Of a stretch of DNA of 64,000 nucleotides, positions 1 to 10,017 are shown one piece after another; positions within the stretch are counted from its first letter, which is position 1; every line of letters starts with the position of its first letter. The position numbers were made by a program, and so were the translations under genes. The stretch covers positions 1 through 64,000 of the forward strand of contig JABCSY010000001.1 in assembly GCA_018238625.1 (NCBI GenBank). The letters run 5' to 3'. Source of the stretch: Promethearchaeota archaeon. GTDB lineage: Archaea; Asgardarchaeota; Lokiarchaeia; Sigyniarchaeales; SOKP01. Below the pieces are notes generated by a model. That model worked only from the letters and a program-made list of their open reading frames with translations, was not told the DNA's origin and ran no database searches.

Positions 1-2
1 AT

Positions 3-137
3 AAACCAGAACTATTAGGAGGAATTAATATCATTACCGGAAAAAATTCAAACAACGAGATATTCACAGCAATACCCTATTTTGCGTGGAGTAATAGGGA
101 GGCAGATAAAATGCAAATTTGGAACAAATCAATTTAA
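3..137 (+). CDS. C-terminal fragment of a probable GH127 (beta-L-arabinofuranosidase/DUF1680-like) glycoside hydrolase; runs off the window start
   Basis: Not in the ORF track. The frame from nt 3 reads KPELLGGINIITGKNSNNEIFTAIPYFAWSNREADKMQIWNKSI*, matching the IPYxAWxNR...MxxW terminus typical of GH127. Confidence 0.7.
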   Translation, partial: KPELLGGINIITGKNSNNEIFTAIPYFAWSNREADKMQIWNKSI

Positions 138-1012
138 TTTGTATCATTCTTAAAAAATTCTATTAACGATGAAAAATCTCGATCCTTTTCTTTCTGAGTT
201 AAATATTTGAGATTCTCGTTTAATTCTTCAACGCTTTTTACCCCTGTAAGAACAACTGAAACTCCTGGAAGGGAATTTACGTAATTAATACATTGCATCG
301 GTGTTAAATCTCGAGGAATCTTTTTTTTAAGCTTGATTCCTCCAGTTTGATACTTTGCGATATATACCGTTTGGTTACGCATTAAAAGCTTTCCACCAGC
401 AAAAGGTTTTATTGCTATCAAACCAATTCTTTTTTTCAAACATGTTGTTAATAGTTCTTCCCTACCAGATAAATTATGATTTACAAAATTAATTGGAAAC
501 ATGATCGTATCAATCTTTCCACTATTCACAGCTTGTATGGCAATTGAAACGTTATGAGTACTAATTCCAATAAATTTAGCTTTTCCTTCTTTTTGAAATG
601 ATAATGCTAACTCGTATAAACCTCCCGCATTAAATAATTTAGGTAAATCTTTCAGCGTAACAAATTGTATATTAAGAATGTCTACATAATCAATTTCTAA
701 TATAGATAACATTTTTAAGAACGATTTCTTGCATTCTTCAATATTTCTTGTTTTCTGAAATCTACCTTCATTATCTTTCGTCCCTAAATGCCCCGTAATT
801 ATGAGTTGATCTCTATGACCCTTAATTCCTGCTGCTAATTTCTCGAGATAATTTTGTACTGTGAAAAGAATATCAACATAATTAATTTTATGTTTAATAG
901 CATGATTAATTACATCAATCGTAGTTTCTTTTGATTCCCTAAATAAATATTCTGTGCCTAATCCAATTTCACTAACTTTCAGACCTGTGTTGCCTAATTC
1001 TTTAAAAATCAT
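134..1012 (-). CDS. Aldo/keto reductase family oxidoreductase
   Basis: LGNTGLKVSEIGLG start, GKAKFIGISTH, IAIKPFAGG and VVLTGVKSVEELNENL motifs. Confidence 0.9.
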   Translation of the reverse strand: MIFKELGNTGLKVSEIGLGTEYLFRESKETTIDVINHAIKHKINYVDILFTVQNYLEKLAAGIKGHRDQLIITGHLGTKDNEGRFQKTRNIEECKKSFLKMLSILEIDYVDILNIQFVTLKDLPKLFNAGGLYELALSFQKEGKAKFIGISTHNVSIAIQAVNSGKIDTIMFPINFVNHNLSGREELLTTCLKKRIGLIAIKPFAGGKLLMRNQTVYIAKYQTGGIKLKKKIPRDLTPMQCINYVNSLPGVSVVLTGVKSVEELNENLKYLTQKEKDRDFSSLIEFFKNDTN

Positions 1013-1133
1013 AAATTCCCAACTGAAATGTTTATATATTGATTTTAATAAAGATATAAATTAAATATTAACTCTCTAGATTATTTCTTATTTATCTTTA
1101 TTTGGCTATTTTTCCTTAAATAAATGAGTAAGC

Positions 1134-1664
1134 TCAATCATTTGGTTTATACCTTTCAAAAAGAGTAGTTGTTATATCGTCAAACGATTTTTCAACATTT
1201 GCCCCCGTTTTGGAGGATAGTTCTATAAATGACGATAAATTATACTTTTTGGCCGCTAATATCCCTTCTTCTCTTGGAACAGATCTAAATTCCTCTAAAT
1301 CAAGCTTCGAACCAATTAACATAATGGGAATATCTCCTGCGTGTTCTCGAATGATCTGAGTCCAGTCTGGCAAGTGATCTAACGAAAGGCGATTAGTTAT
1401 GTCGTATAGAAAGAATGCAGCATTTGCGCCCTTACAGTATTGATGGAGTAGAAACCTAAACCTTTCCTCGCCACCAAAATCCCATATTTGTAGTTTGACC
1501 TTTTTTCCGTTGTGGTTGGTGGTCTTAGAATAGAAATCGACTCCAATTGTTAGTTTTAAGTCAGAAAGAAAGAAGCCAGAGATATATCTGATAGTGAGTG
1601 AGGTTTTACCAACAGCCGCGTCACCCAACATCATTATCTTCCAAGTATAATCATAATCCGTCAA
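1134..1664 (-). CDS. Rab-like small GTPase (Asgard ESP)
   Basis: G1 GDAAVGKTS, G2 TIGVDF, G3 WDFGGEERF, G4 GSKLD, G5 ELSSK. TTG start. Confidence 0.93.
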   Translation of the reverse strand: MTDYDYTWKIMMLGDAAVGKTSLTIRYISGFFLSDLKLTIGVDFYSKTTNHNGKKVKLQIWDFGGEERFRFLLHQYCKGANAAFFLYDITNRLSLDHLPDWTQIIREHAGDIPIMLIGSKLDLEEFRSVPREEGILAAKKYNLSSFIELSSKTGANVEKSFDDITTTLFERYKPND

Positions 1665-1847
1665 TTTCCTTAACCCGTATAAGCGACTTGTAATTGCTTT
1701 TAATTTTATGATTTATTAATCCTTAAATTTAATTTATAATGTTTTCGATTGAACTAATTATATTTATCTTTGCAAGATTTTTTAAATGTATGTTTTTTAT
1801 TTATTTTTCAATACTTTTAAACCTTTTATCGCAATTATACTTAAAAC

Positions 1848-2498
1848 TCATAATATTAGAATTAGTATATTAAATATAGAATGAGCGATAGAGCTCGGGA
1901 GTAAAGAATTCTTAAAAGATATGAAAGTTAGAGCCAATAAAGATCCAAGCGTGAAGAAATAACCGAAAAAAGTAATAATTGTTGATACTGGGACGAGGAA
2001 AGGAGGAACGTGATAAATTGTGAAAATAAATGTGGATAATATTACTGAATATATTAGCTTCATTTTCTTCTGGCTTTTTTTTATAATAAAGCCTCTGAAA
2101 AAGCCTTCTTCACACGGACCAACAATAATTATTTGAATCGTTATAATAATTATCAATTGGGTAATTGTGGGATTAAAAGGCTCTGTTGTGATCGCATTTT
2201 CTACCCCCTGCTCAACAAATTGCGTTCCAAATAAAGTTTGCACTATAAAAGTAAAAAAATATAACATAAAGCTACTAAAGAAAAACAATAAGGTTCCAAT
2301 TAGTAATCCTAGGAAAATTTTTAGGGTTAAATTTTTTAAGCTATTTGTTTTTTGTAGAAAGCCCATTTCTTTAAATTCTTCGATAATCGGTCTTTTTTCT
2401 ATTTTTGAAGCAATAAAAGCAGGTATAAGGATTAAGAAAATCTCGAAAAATGTAATAATGATTAGTAACGATGGATCTTTTCCTAAATTAATAGCCAT
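1848..2498 (-). CDS. CPBP (CAAX prenyl protease 2/Abi) family intramembrane metalloprotease
   Basis: Multi-TM protein with intact EEGFFRG, FTIYH and AHSIFN motifs. Confidence 0.88.
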   Translation of the reverse strand: MAINLGKDPSLLIIITFFEIFLILIPAFIASKIEKRPIIEEFKEMGFLQKTNSLKNLTLKIFLGLLIGTLLFFFSSFMLYFFTFIVQTLFGTQFVEQGVENAITTEPFNPTITQLIIIITIQIIIVGPCEEGFFRGFIIKKSQKKMKLIYSVILSTFIFTIYHVPPFLVPVSTIITFFGYFFTLGSLLALTFISFKNSLLPSSIAHSIFNILILIL

Positions 2499-2594
2499 TT
2501 TTAGTAAAGAGTTCTAATGATTCGAATTGGAAAAAAATTATAAAATTTAATCTCTCATCGTTATTAATATTAACTCTCTTCATTATAAAATTAG

Positions 2595-3875
2595 ATGACT
2601 ATTAGAGATAATTTTTCAAAGTCAAATATTATCAAATCCAATCAAGACATCAAAAATAATATTCTTTCTAATGAATCCGGTTTAACAAAAGAACAATTGT
2701 TGCTAATAGAATTAAAATCAATCGCTCAAGAATACTTAGGAATTGAAAATTTAAAAAATAAATTTGCTAAAAGTTTACTCGATAATCGTGAGAATTTAGA
2801 TTTTTCAGAATTTATAAAATACCCCAATTATAATATTAAAGAAAATATAGTTAAAAAGCAAGTATCACCTTCCAATATAAGAGGTTTGAATGTTGTTAGC
2901 GTTGATGGAAGTTCTGTTGTAAAAAAATTCATGAATGTAGATTTTTCTTTTTTGAAAGCTATAGCTGTGAAATACTATTTCTACAAAAATCATTCGTCTA
3001 AAATAGATTATTTTCCAGACATAACAGGGTTCAATAATTATATGGTACAAGCAAATTATATTAATCGTGAAGAGAACGCTGTGGAGACTAAGGTTTCTAT
3101 GGATATGACCTTTATGGAAATTAAACTCTTAAATGAGTTAATTGAAAAAAATAATTCAATAGATTTAATTATTATAGATGGCTCAGTCGTTATTATGCCT
3201 ATAAATTTAATCTTTTCCAAAGATCTTGAGATTTCAATAAAATACGATAAATTATTGAAAGAATATCAAACATTATATTCTAATTGTATTGAAAAGGGAA
3301 TAATTTTAATAGGGTCAATAAAAGATACGCGGACTTCAGCACTAACCCATCTAATAAGAAACTCAATTCAGATGTTGAAGCCAAGCACTACGAATTTAAC
3401 AGATTTTATAAAAATTAATTATCGCCAAATAGTAGATTATTTTTCCGATTTAGATTTATTCAATAGAGTTTTAATAAAATCAGAAAGAAGCTGTATCTTT
3501 AATTGTAAAAAGGAACTTGACAAAATTAGGGATACAGGTATAAAAAAAGAAATTCCTTATTATTTTCCCTTTAGTTTTTATGCGTTCTACCTTAAAACTA
3601 CGCTTCATGATACTCCGTGTAGAATTGAGTTTTTTATGGACGAGAAACACTCATTGAAAGATGCTTCAGAGAAAGCTGATTTGATATCGTCTATCCTCTT
3701 GCCTATCTCTAGCTTAAATGAATATTATGGCTTACCTATTCCTCAAATTGAAGCTCATAGAAGAGCTGTTTTTAAGCCCGCTGAGGTTAATTTATTATTT
3801 AATAATTTATCAAGAACTTTAAATAGCTATGGCGTCTCATTATTAGAAAAGCGTAGAGCTAGAAGACCGTTTTAA
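2595..3875 (+). CDS. nurA: NurA-domain 5'-3' nuclease
   Basis: VSVDGS, IIIDGS and GSIKDT motifs plus the C-terminal YGLPIPQIEAHRRA motif. Confidence 0.85.
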   Translation: MTIRDNFSKSNIIKSNQDIKNNILSNESGLTKEQLLLIELKSIAQEYLGIENLKNKFAKSLLDNRENLDFSEFIKYPNYNIKENIVKKQVSPSNIRGLNVVSVDGSSVVKKFMNVDFSFLKAIAVKYYFYKNHSSKIDYFPDITGFNNYMVQANYINREENAVETKVSMDMTFMEIKLLNELIEKNNSIDLIIIDGSVVIMPINLIFSKDLEISIKYDKLLKEYQTLYSNCIEKGIILIGSIKDTRTSALTHLIRNSIQMLKPSTTNLTDFIKINYRQIVDYFSDLDLFNRVLIKSERSCIFNCKKELDKIRDTGIKKEIPYYFPFSFYAFYLKTTLHDTPCRIEFFMDEKHSLKDASEKADLISSILLPISSLNEYYGLPIPQIEAHRRAVFKPAEVNLLFNNLSRTLNSYGVSLLEKRRARRPF

Positions 3876-4570
3876 TCATTGCTTTTTTCCAAGCGATTCA
3901 AAATAATATCCTCGAAAAAAATATGCTCTTTTTTTAAAATAGTGTTCTTAAAACCTTGAATATTTAATTTATCGTTCAATTTTTTTAAATTCGTTGTGCT
4001 TGAACTGATGTAATAAATGTAAAACTTTTGGTTTGGATCTATAAAGGGTTTAACATCTCGAATAAATTCAAGGAATACCTCAAAGCCCTCTTTTCCACCA
4101 TTCCAACAATAGTCGGTGTTTTTCTTATCCCAACCTTCATTTTTAAACTTAAAAGAAGGCAAGTAGGGTGGATTAAAAATTAAAATGTTAAACGAGTTCT
4201 TAAGGATAGAGGGAAACGTTTTAAACAGATCTGATTGGATAAATTCTATTTTATTTTCTAAATTATTAGCTTTTTCGTTTGAAGTTGCGCATTTTATCGC
4301 ATTTTCAAGTATATCTGAAGCGAAAATTTGAGGTGAAAATTTTGGAACAATCGTTTTTATTAACTGTAAAAATATTGCGATTATTCCAGTTCCAGTGCCC
4401 ATATCCAAGACATTTCTAATTTTAGCTAATTCAAACCCATCAAAATAATTTTCATCGATTTTTTCTCTAAAATAGTCTATCATTAAGTAGCTATCTTCAG
4501 AAGGAGAATATACATCATCAAAAATGTTATTGATCTTGGGTTCAGGAAAAGAGTATATTATTCTCACCAT
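3872..4570 (-). CDS. HemK2/Mtq2-like release factor glutamine methyltransferase
   Basis: VYSPSEDSYL, VLDMGTGTG, FNPPYLP and WNGGKEG motifs; lies in the conserved archaeal rsmA cluster. Confidence 0.88.
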   Translation of the reverse strand: MVRIIYSFPEPKINNIFDDVYSPSEDSYLMIDYFREKIDENYFDGFELAKIRNVLDMGTGTGIIAIFLQLIKTIVPKFSPQIFASDILENAIKCATSNEKANNLENKIEFIQSDLFKTFPSILKNSFNILIFNPPYLPSFKFKNEGWDKKNTDYCWNGGKEGFEVFLEFIRDVKPFIDPNQKFYIYYISSSTTNLKKLNDKLNIQGFKNTILKKEHIFFEDIILNRLEKSND

Positions 4571-5443
4571 CTAAATTGAAAGGGTTTCATTCATTAAATT
4601 AAAGATTAACTCGCTTATTTTCACGAGTTCGTCGACTTTAAATTTAGTTACTTTCTCGTTATTTAAATTTTTATTTTTTAAATACTGAAGAATTTTTGGT
4701 TTTGGAATATTTATTACATTCTCATTCTTAAGAAACAGACTAATTGCATTTACAATGTTTTTATTCTTGTAAGGCATTATGCCAGCGACGAATCTCAGAA
4801 AGAACGACCTATTTATGTCAGATAATAAAAAGGGGTTAATGTCTTTTCTAGGTTTAACAATTATTAAAGATAAATCAATCCTTGGGGCTGGAAAAAATTT
4901 AAATCGAGATATATTGTATTTTTTTACAGGTATCATGAAAGCGTTGAAACTAACCGTTATTCGTGAGAAAGTCTTGTATTTATTTTGTATAAATATTCTT
5001 TCTGCTATGCTATTTTCAATTACTAAAACACCTCGAGGAGGTTTTTCGTTATAAAAAACTTTTTCAAAGATTGGTCCGGTAATGGAATAAGGGATGTTTG
5101 AGACTATTACATCGATTTGCGGAGGAATTTTTGCCTTTAATATATCTTCATTATAGATTTCAATATTTGCAGTTTGAGAAATTTTTTTTTTAAGATATTG
5201 AAACAATTTAAAATCAATTTCATAAGCGTAGACTTTTTTAGAAAACGCCAATAGTTCTTTTGTCAGTATGCCTAAACCAGGGCCAATCTCTAGTATTACT
5301 TCGTCTTCTGAGATTTGCGATTCTAATATTATTTTTTTTACAATATTATTGTCAAAGAGAAAGTTTTGGCCTAGTCTTTTATTAGGTATTATTCCTAATT
5401 CATTTAAAATAAGTTGAGTTTCTCTTTTATTCATGTTATTCAT
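4571..5443 (-). CDS. rsmA: 16S rRNA m6,2A dimethyltransferase (KsgA/Dim1)
   Basis: LGQNFL, LEIGPGLG, YEID, VSNIPYSI and FFPAPRID motifs. Confidence 0.95.
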   Translation of the reverse strand: MNNMNKRETQLILNELGIIPNKRLGQNFLFDNNIVKKIILESQISEDEVILEIGPGLGILTKELLAFSKKVYAYEIDFKLFQYLKKKISQTANIEIYNEDILKAKIPPQIDVIVSNIPYSITGPIFEKVFYNEKPPRGVLVIENSIAERIFIQNKYKTFSRITVSFNAFMIPVKKYNISRFKFFPAPRIDLSLIIVKPRKDINPFLLSDINRSFFLRFVAGIMPYKNKNIVNAISLFLKNENVINIPKPKILQYLKNKNLNNEKVTKFKVDELVKISELIFNLMNETLSI

Positions 5444-6099
5444 TCATATCTGCGTGTCTTCGAGAATAAGTAATATTTTATCCCATCACGTTGCAATTCT
5501 TTGATTATTCTTTGAGCGAGCTGCTTTGCGGGGTGAGATAAACTTGTTCGGTCAGTTATATCTTGAAATGTTGTGAATTTTTGCCTATTTCTTGCCTCTA
5601 TTAATTCCCACATATGTTTTTGGCCAACACCAGGTAATAACTTAAGCGAGTGCATTCTTGGAGTTATTGATGTAGAGTTATTAAAGAAATTAAGGAATTC
5701 TTCTTCGTAATTTAGTATTTCATTTTCAAGAATAGGTTGAATCAGAGCTTTTGAAGTGTTTGTTAAATCTTTATAATCAATTTTTTTTAAAACTTCTTTA
5801 AGTTTGTTTTGTGTTAAGAACACTTCGTATGTATTTTTTTCTTGAATTTTAATCTCAGATTCTCTATTACATTTAACTTCATAAAGGACAAAGTCTGGAA
5901 AAGTAAGAACTTGAGCAATTGGTGTTTTGGACCAACTAGGTTTATCTTCTTCTGGATGACCGTGCAATAATATATCTAGTATTACTAGTTCTCGATATTT
6001 TTTGATAAATTGTTTCTTTTTCCTTGGCTCTCTTCTTTGATACTTGGGTCTGTGAGGAGGCCTTCTGTATCGATCTCGATTCCTTTCCATACCGACCAA
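5440..6099 (-). CDS. DUF655 family putative RNA-binding protein (HhH) with Arg-rich N-terminal extension
   Basis: FFNNSTSITPRMHSLKLLPGVGQK motif; canonical position in the rpl21e-rpoF-DUF655-ksgA cluster. Confidence 0.9.
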   Translation of the reverse strand: MVGMERNRDRYRRPPHRPKYQRREPRKKKQFIKKYRELVILDILLHGHPEEDKPSWSKTPIAQVLTFPDFVLYEVKCNRESEIKIQEKNTYEVFLTQNKLKEVLKKIDYKDLTNTSKALIQPILENEILNYEEEFLNFFNNSTSITPRMHSLKLLPGVGQKHMWELIEARNRQKFTTFQDITDRTSLSHPAKQLAQRIIKELQRDGIKYYLFSKTRRYE

Positions 6100-6257
6100 T
6101 TTTCTTATTGTTGTTTACTTTCCCGATATGCATAATTATTTAAATTTTGAATATTCCTTTTTTAATAAGGATTGCTCAATAAAAATTAAAACAATTAAAA
6201 TTTATAAATTCTTCGTTGTTTAACTCACTTTTTAAAAGCTATATAGTAAGAATCCGT

Positions 6258-6632
6258 TTAAGAAGTTTTTAGTTCTTCCATTTGAGCGAGAAGCTCTTGT
6301 AACTGCAACTCATTAAATGTTTTTCCAATGAAACTTTTCTCTAAGATCATCCTAAGCTCTTGGATCGTATGAGGATCAATGTTTACGATGTTTATTGCGT
6401 AAATTTCTTCGATTTCATATTTATCTATTAAAAATTTTTGAATTTTAATCGCATCTTTCTCGCTCATTTTAGCAAATTTATTTACATAATTATAAGTAAT
6501 TTCTTGAAAATGAGTAAGGCCCTCTTCAGCGTCAATTTTTTCTTTTCTTTGCTTAACTATTTCCATTATTTTTTTTACTTCGGGTATAGAAATAGTTTTT
6601 TCACTTATTTTACGTCCAGACATACAAATCAC
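6258..6632 (-). CDS. rpo4: DNA-directed RNA polymerase subunit F (Rpo4); start may be the ATG at 6623
   Basis: ISIPEVKKIM...YVNKFAK...IVNIDPHTIQELRMIL pattern and synteny with rpl21e. Confidence 0.88.
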   Translation of the reverse strand: MICMSGRKISEKTISIPEVKKIMEIVKQRKEKIDAEEGLTHFQEITYNYVNKFAKMSEKDAIKIQKFLIDKYEIEEIYAINIVNIDPHTIQELRMILEKSFIGKTFNELQLQELLAQMEELKTS

Positions 6633-6656
6633 TGATTTTTTAGCTAATATAATAAA

Positions 6657-6962
6657 TTATTTTGCCATTCCCTTATTAGTTCGTAAATGTTCCTTTCCAA
6701 TTAATAGCATTTTCTTAGAATTTCCTAATTTAACCTCAACTTCGTAGCAACGCCCTCTTATACCGACGACCGTGCCAGTTAACCCATGATATCTTCTATG
6801 GGGGAATCCTCTCTTATGTTGCGATGGGTCGGTAATAACATCCACTTTATCGTTTATTTCATAATCGATTAAGTATTTTTCTATAGAACCCAACCCTCTA
6901 TCTCTTACATTTTTCCTATGTCTTTGACGCGATTTGTTCCTATAACCTTTATGTAAAGTCAA
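6657..6962 (-). CDS. rpl21e: 50S ribosomal protein L21e
   Basis: GYRNKSR, GFPHRRYHGLTGTVVG and EHLR motifs. Confidence 0.96.
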   Translation of the reverse strand: MTLHKGYRNKSRQRHRKNVRDRGLGSIEKYLIDYEINDKVDVITDPSQHKRGFPHRRYHGLTGTVVGIRGRCYEVEVKLGNSKKMLLIGKEHLRTNKGMAK

Positions 6963-7073
6963 ATTGCTTCCCTTCGCTATATTGAATTATTTTTTATTAA
7001 AAAATCAAGTATTTTATTCAAAATATGCAACATAATTTATTTATTTTTTGATTTAACAACTTTAACAAGTTAA

Positions 7074-8429
7074 CTAACATATTTTTAGCACATCTAGTTT
7101 CTTGCAGACAACGGAGAAACCAAATATTTCTGTAATTGAAGGCGTTGTTCTTCCATTGTCGCCGTTTATGAGTTCTTTAATGTAAGTTCCTCCTTGAGTT
7201 TCGATAAGAAATTCAAATACACCCTGTTTAACGAATTTTCCTTCCAATAGATAGATTTTTTTATTTCTAATTTTATCAGCACGACGATGAGACACTCTGA
7301 CAGGTGTCCTTTGATGAATCTTTTTATTTTCAAGTGCATCTTTTAATTTTTTTAATAAATTTCCAAAATTATCTTTTGTTACTTTCTCATTAGAATAAGT
7401 CAAGGCTTTATAGACCTTTCTGGTGTTTTCAGCGTCTAACTTTAGAGCTTTAACTTGTTCTTTATTACTATACTTTAACTCGTTAATTCTAACTTTTTTT
7501 TTGTTTCTTTTGTTAACTTTTTTTTGTATTCTCTCTAGCTCTAAAAATCTTGTTTTGGGTTTTATTAGTTCTAAAATGAAGGGTCTACCTTCCCCTAACA
7601 TCCTTACATCAATATCTTCTCTCCCAGCTCCGTGGAACTTTGAGCCTTCTGCTCTTGCTTTATTAACGAACTCTGGGCTAATAATTTCTTCTACACTAGT
7701 TGGATATTGCTTTCCAGTAAAATTGCACTCTTCACATCCTTTTCCTCTACATGTCCTACAGTCCCAATGAGTTTGTGGAATCCCTCTAAGAAACTTATTA
7801 TATCGTCCATAGATAAAAATTGATCTTATAAGCAAATTTATCTCAAACGAGTCAAGTTTCAACGAGTAAACAACCGTCATATCGGGTTTAGCAAATTCTA
7901 CGGGTTTTCCTAAAATTAATGATAAACATTTTCCAACTTCTCGGTTAAAATGACTTTTAAACGACTCAGAATCCAGTAAAGTGAATTGAGCTTTAAAGTT
8001 ATCTTCTCTGTTGACAATTTGAGAGTTCACAGTAGTTCCTACAAGAAGGTTTTTGAACTCAATATTTTGAAGTTGTTCTTCTGCTTTTTCGGCATATTTA
8101 TGGATATCGGAAAAAATGTCTTCACACAAATAACACTTTTCAAGCTTACTAACCTTGTTGTATTCAAAACCTTCTTTCTTCAATACACTTTGAGCGGGCG
8201 CGTATAATGCTTTTTCTGCTAGTGTTCTTAACTTAACGATAGCACTTTCGTGGTCTCCGTCTCGGGCTAAATATGTTCTGTGATTTTCCAGAGTAATTGC
8301 CAACAAGAGAGATATACCTCTATCGTAATTGGTTGTATCAGTCCCTAACAAGGAGAACATTCTACCTAAACAATGTGGGCAAATGTAATATTCTTGGTAA
8401 ATCTCTAAAACTTTGTCAAAAATATCCAT
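7074..8429 (-). CDS. pus10: tRNA pseudouridine(54/55) synthase Pus10
   Basis: CPHCLGR, GRYNKFLRGIPQTHW, FHGAGREDIDVRMLG and GGTYIKELING motifs. Confidence 0.96.
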   Translation of the reverse strand: MDIFDKVLEIYQEYYICPHCLGRMFSLLGTDTTNYDRGISLLLAITLENHRTYLARDGDHESAIVKLRTLAEKALYAPAQSVLKKEGFEYNKVSKLEKCYLCEDIFSDIHKYAEKAEEQLQNIEFKNLLVGTTVNSQIVNREDNFKAQFTLLDSESFKSHFNREVGKCLSLILGKPVEFAKPDMTVVYSLKLDSFEINLLIRSIFIYGRYNKFLRGIPQTHWDCRTCRGKGCEECNFTGKQYPTSVEEIISPEFVNKARAEGSKFHGAGREDIDVRMLGEGRPFILELIKPKTRFLELERIQKKVNKRNKKKVRINELKYSNKEQVKALKLDAENTRKVYKALTYSNEKVTKDNFGNLLKKLKDALENKKIHQRTPVRVSHRRADKIRNKKIYLLEGKFVKQGVFEFLIETQGGTYIKELINGDNGRTTPSITEIFGFSVVCKKLDVLKIC

Positions 8430-8507
8430 ACTCTATTAAAATAATTAGGTATTGCTTTTGTTTTTAATGATCTAAAAGTTTAAAAAAAAAAAATTAAAAA
8501 TGGATTT

Positions 8508-9854
8508 TTATTTTTCCCATTCGAAATCTAGTTCAACAAATTTTCTTGTGTAGAAATAAGAAACTAGTAAGATGAGAGAACATATTGGACCCCAAATGAC
8601 CAAGCCTATTGAAAAAGTTGAGGTTCCTACCGTAACATCAGGCAATCCTAACATCAGGCCAAGCAAGAAAACACCAATTGCTTGGAATATGTTAAGTACT
8701 ATACTCGGAAAACCTACATAAACACCTGCTTTTAATTCTCCAGTAGATTTTTCGTCATCTTCGGCAATGTCTGCATACATAATATATGGAAATAGGTACC
8801 ACCCGCCTAAAATTAATCCAATTCCGGTTATAAAGAATATTCCAAGTATTAAATTGGGAATTGCTCCAACTAAACCTAGTAATGTTATTGGTAGAAAAAC
8901 TACTGCAATTAAAAAGATATATAAAAGTGTTTTCTTTTTCCCTATTCTCTCTATCTGTTTTCTCCATAAGTATAAAAATACAAAGATACTTAGAAGAAAT
9001 ATAACTGCGACAATGATATATTCTGTGGTCCCTAATGCTAATACGTCTTCAGTATAAGTCAACATCACTGTACTTATTATTGACCATCCAAAGCCTGAAA
9101 TTCCTTGCATGAGAACAATTTTCATAAAATTATTATTTTTAACTGTAGTTTTTAAACTTTCCCATAGACTAGATTCTATTGTATGATTTGGTTCTGTTGG
9201 CATTACAAATACAATTAGAATAAAAAGTATTGAAGAAATAATGCCAAATACGACTACGATCAATAGAAATTCAGGAGGAATAACATTAGGATTAGCTGCT
9301 ACCTTTTCAAAGACACCTGTTAAAACAAGTAAGGTGGTGAGTGCCATTAACCCATTCCCTATAAAATTGAAGGTGTTTTGGGTTTGAGATACTTTTGGGC
9401 GCTCAGAAGTAGGAAATAATTCTGCCATCCAAGCTTGATAAGGCGTTGTTACAGCATAGCTAAATCTAAAAATTACGTCCCAAATTAATAACCATATAAA
9501 TAAGATATTTTTATCGGCCATATCTGGCAAAACTAATGCTGGTAACAACAGAAATATAAACGAGATCCCCAATAATGGTCCAAATATTACCAAGTATGGC
9601 TTTCGTCTTCCTAGTTTAGTATATTTAGCGTCACTAAACCATCCTAATAAGAATTGTCCCGCAGCTATACTTAAATAACCCATTGCTAAAGCAAACCCTA
9701 TTGAAATCGAGTCCAAACCATATCCTAGGTAATAGAGCGTAAATAGAGCAAATCCTTCGATTCCTAATACCAATGACGTGCCCAACCTTGGAAATCCGAA
9801 TATAATTCTCTTTCCCTTTGTAGTTTCAGTTCTTTCTAATTCTGTATCGCTCAT
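8508..9854 (-). CDS. MFS transporter, GPH/MelB-like sugar:cation symporter family
   Basis: About 12 TM segments; GWFSDAKYTKLGRRKPY, PYQAWMAEL and ADIAEDDEKSTG motifs. Confidence 0.88.
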   Translation of the reverse strand: MSDTELERTETTKGKRIIFGFPRLGTSLVLGIEGFALFTLYYLGYGLDSISIGFALAMGYLSIAAGQFLLGWFSDAKYTKLGRRKPYLVIFGPLLGISFIFLLLPALVLPDMADKNILFIWLLIWDVIFRFSYAVTTPYQAWMAELFPTSERPKVSQTQNTFNFIGNGLMALTTLLVLTGVFEKVAANPNVIPPEFLLIVVVFGIISSILFILIVFVMPTEPNHTIESSLWESLKTTVKNNNFMKIVLMQGISGFGWSIISTVMLTYTEDVLALGTTEYIIVAVIFLLSIFVFLYLWRKQIERIGKKKTLLYIFLIAVVFLPITLLGLVGAIPNLILGIFFITGIGLILGGWYLFPYIMYADIAEDDEKSTGELKAGVYVGFPSIVLNIFQAIGVFLLGLMLGLPDVTVGTSTFSIGLVIWGPICSLILLVSYFYTRKFVELDFEWEK

Positions 9855-10017
9855 AACGATTCACATGTTATTTCTTAATTTGTTTTTATTATTAAATTAA
9901 TAATATTTATAGATTAGAGAATAACGTATTTAATATTTATTATCAATTTTACTGAAGAAAAATCATTAATAAGAAAAAGTTGGATTCTATTGATACAAGA
10001 TTAGATAATTAAATTAA

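Noticed and set aside
1134-2498. CAAX protease next to a Rab-like GTPase as a prenylation-processing pair
   Set aside because: The GTPase ends in RYKPND with no cysteine, so it cannot be a CAAX substrate.
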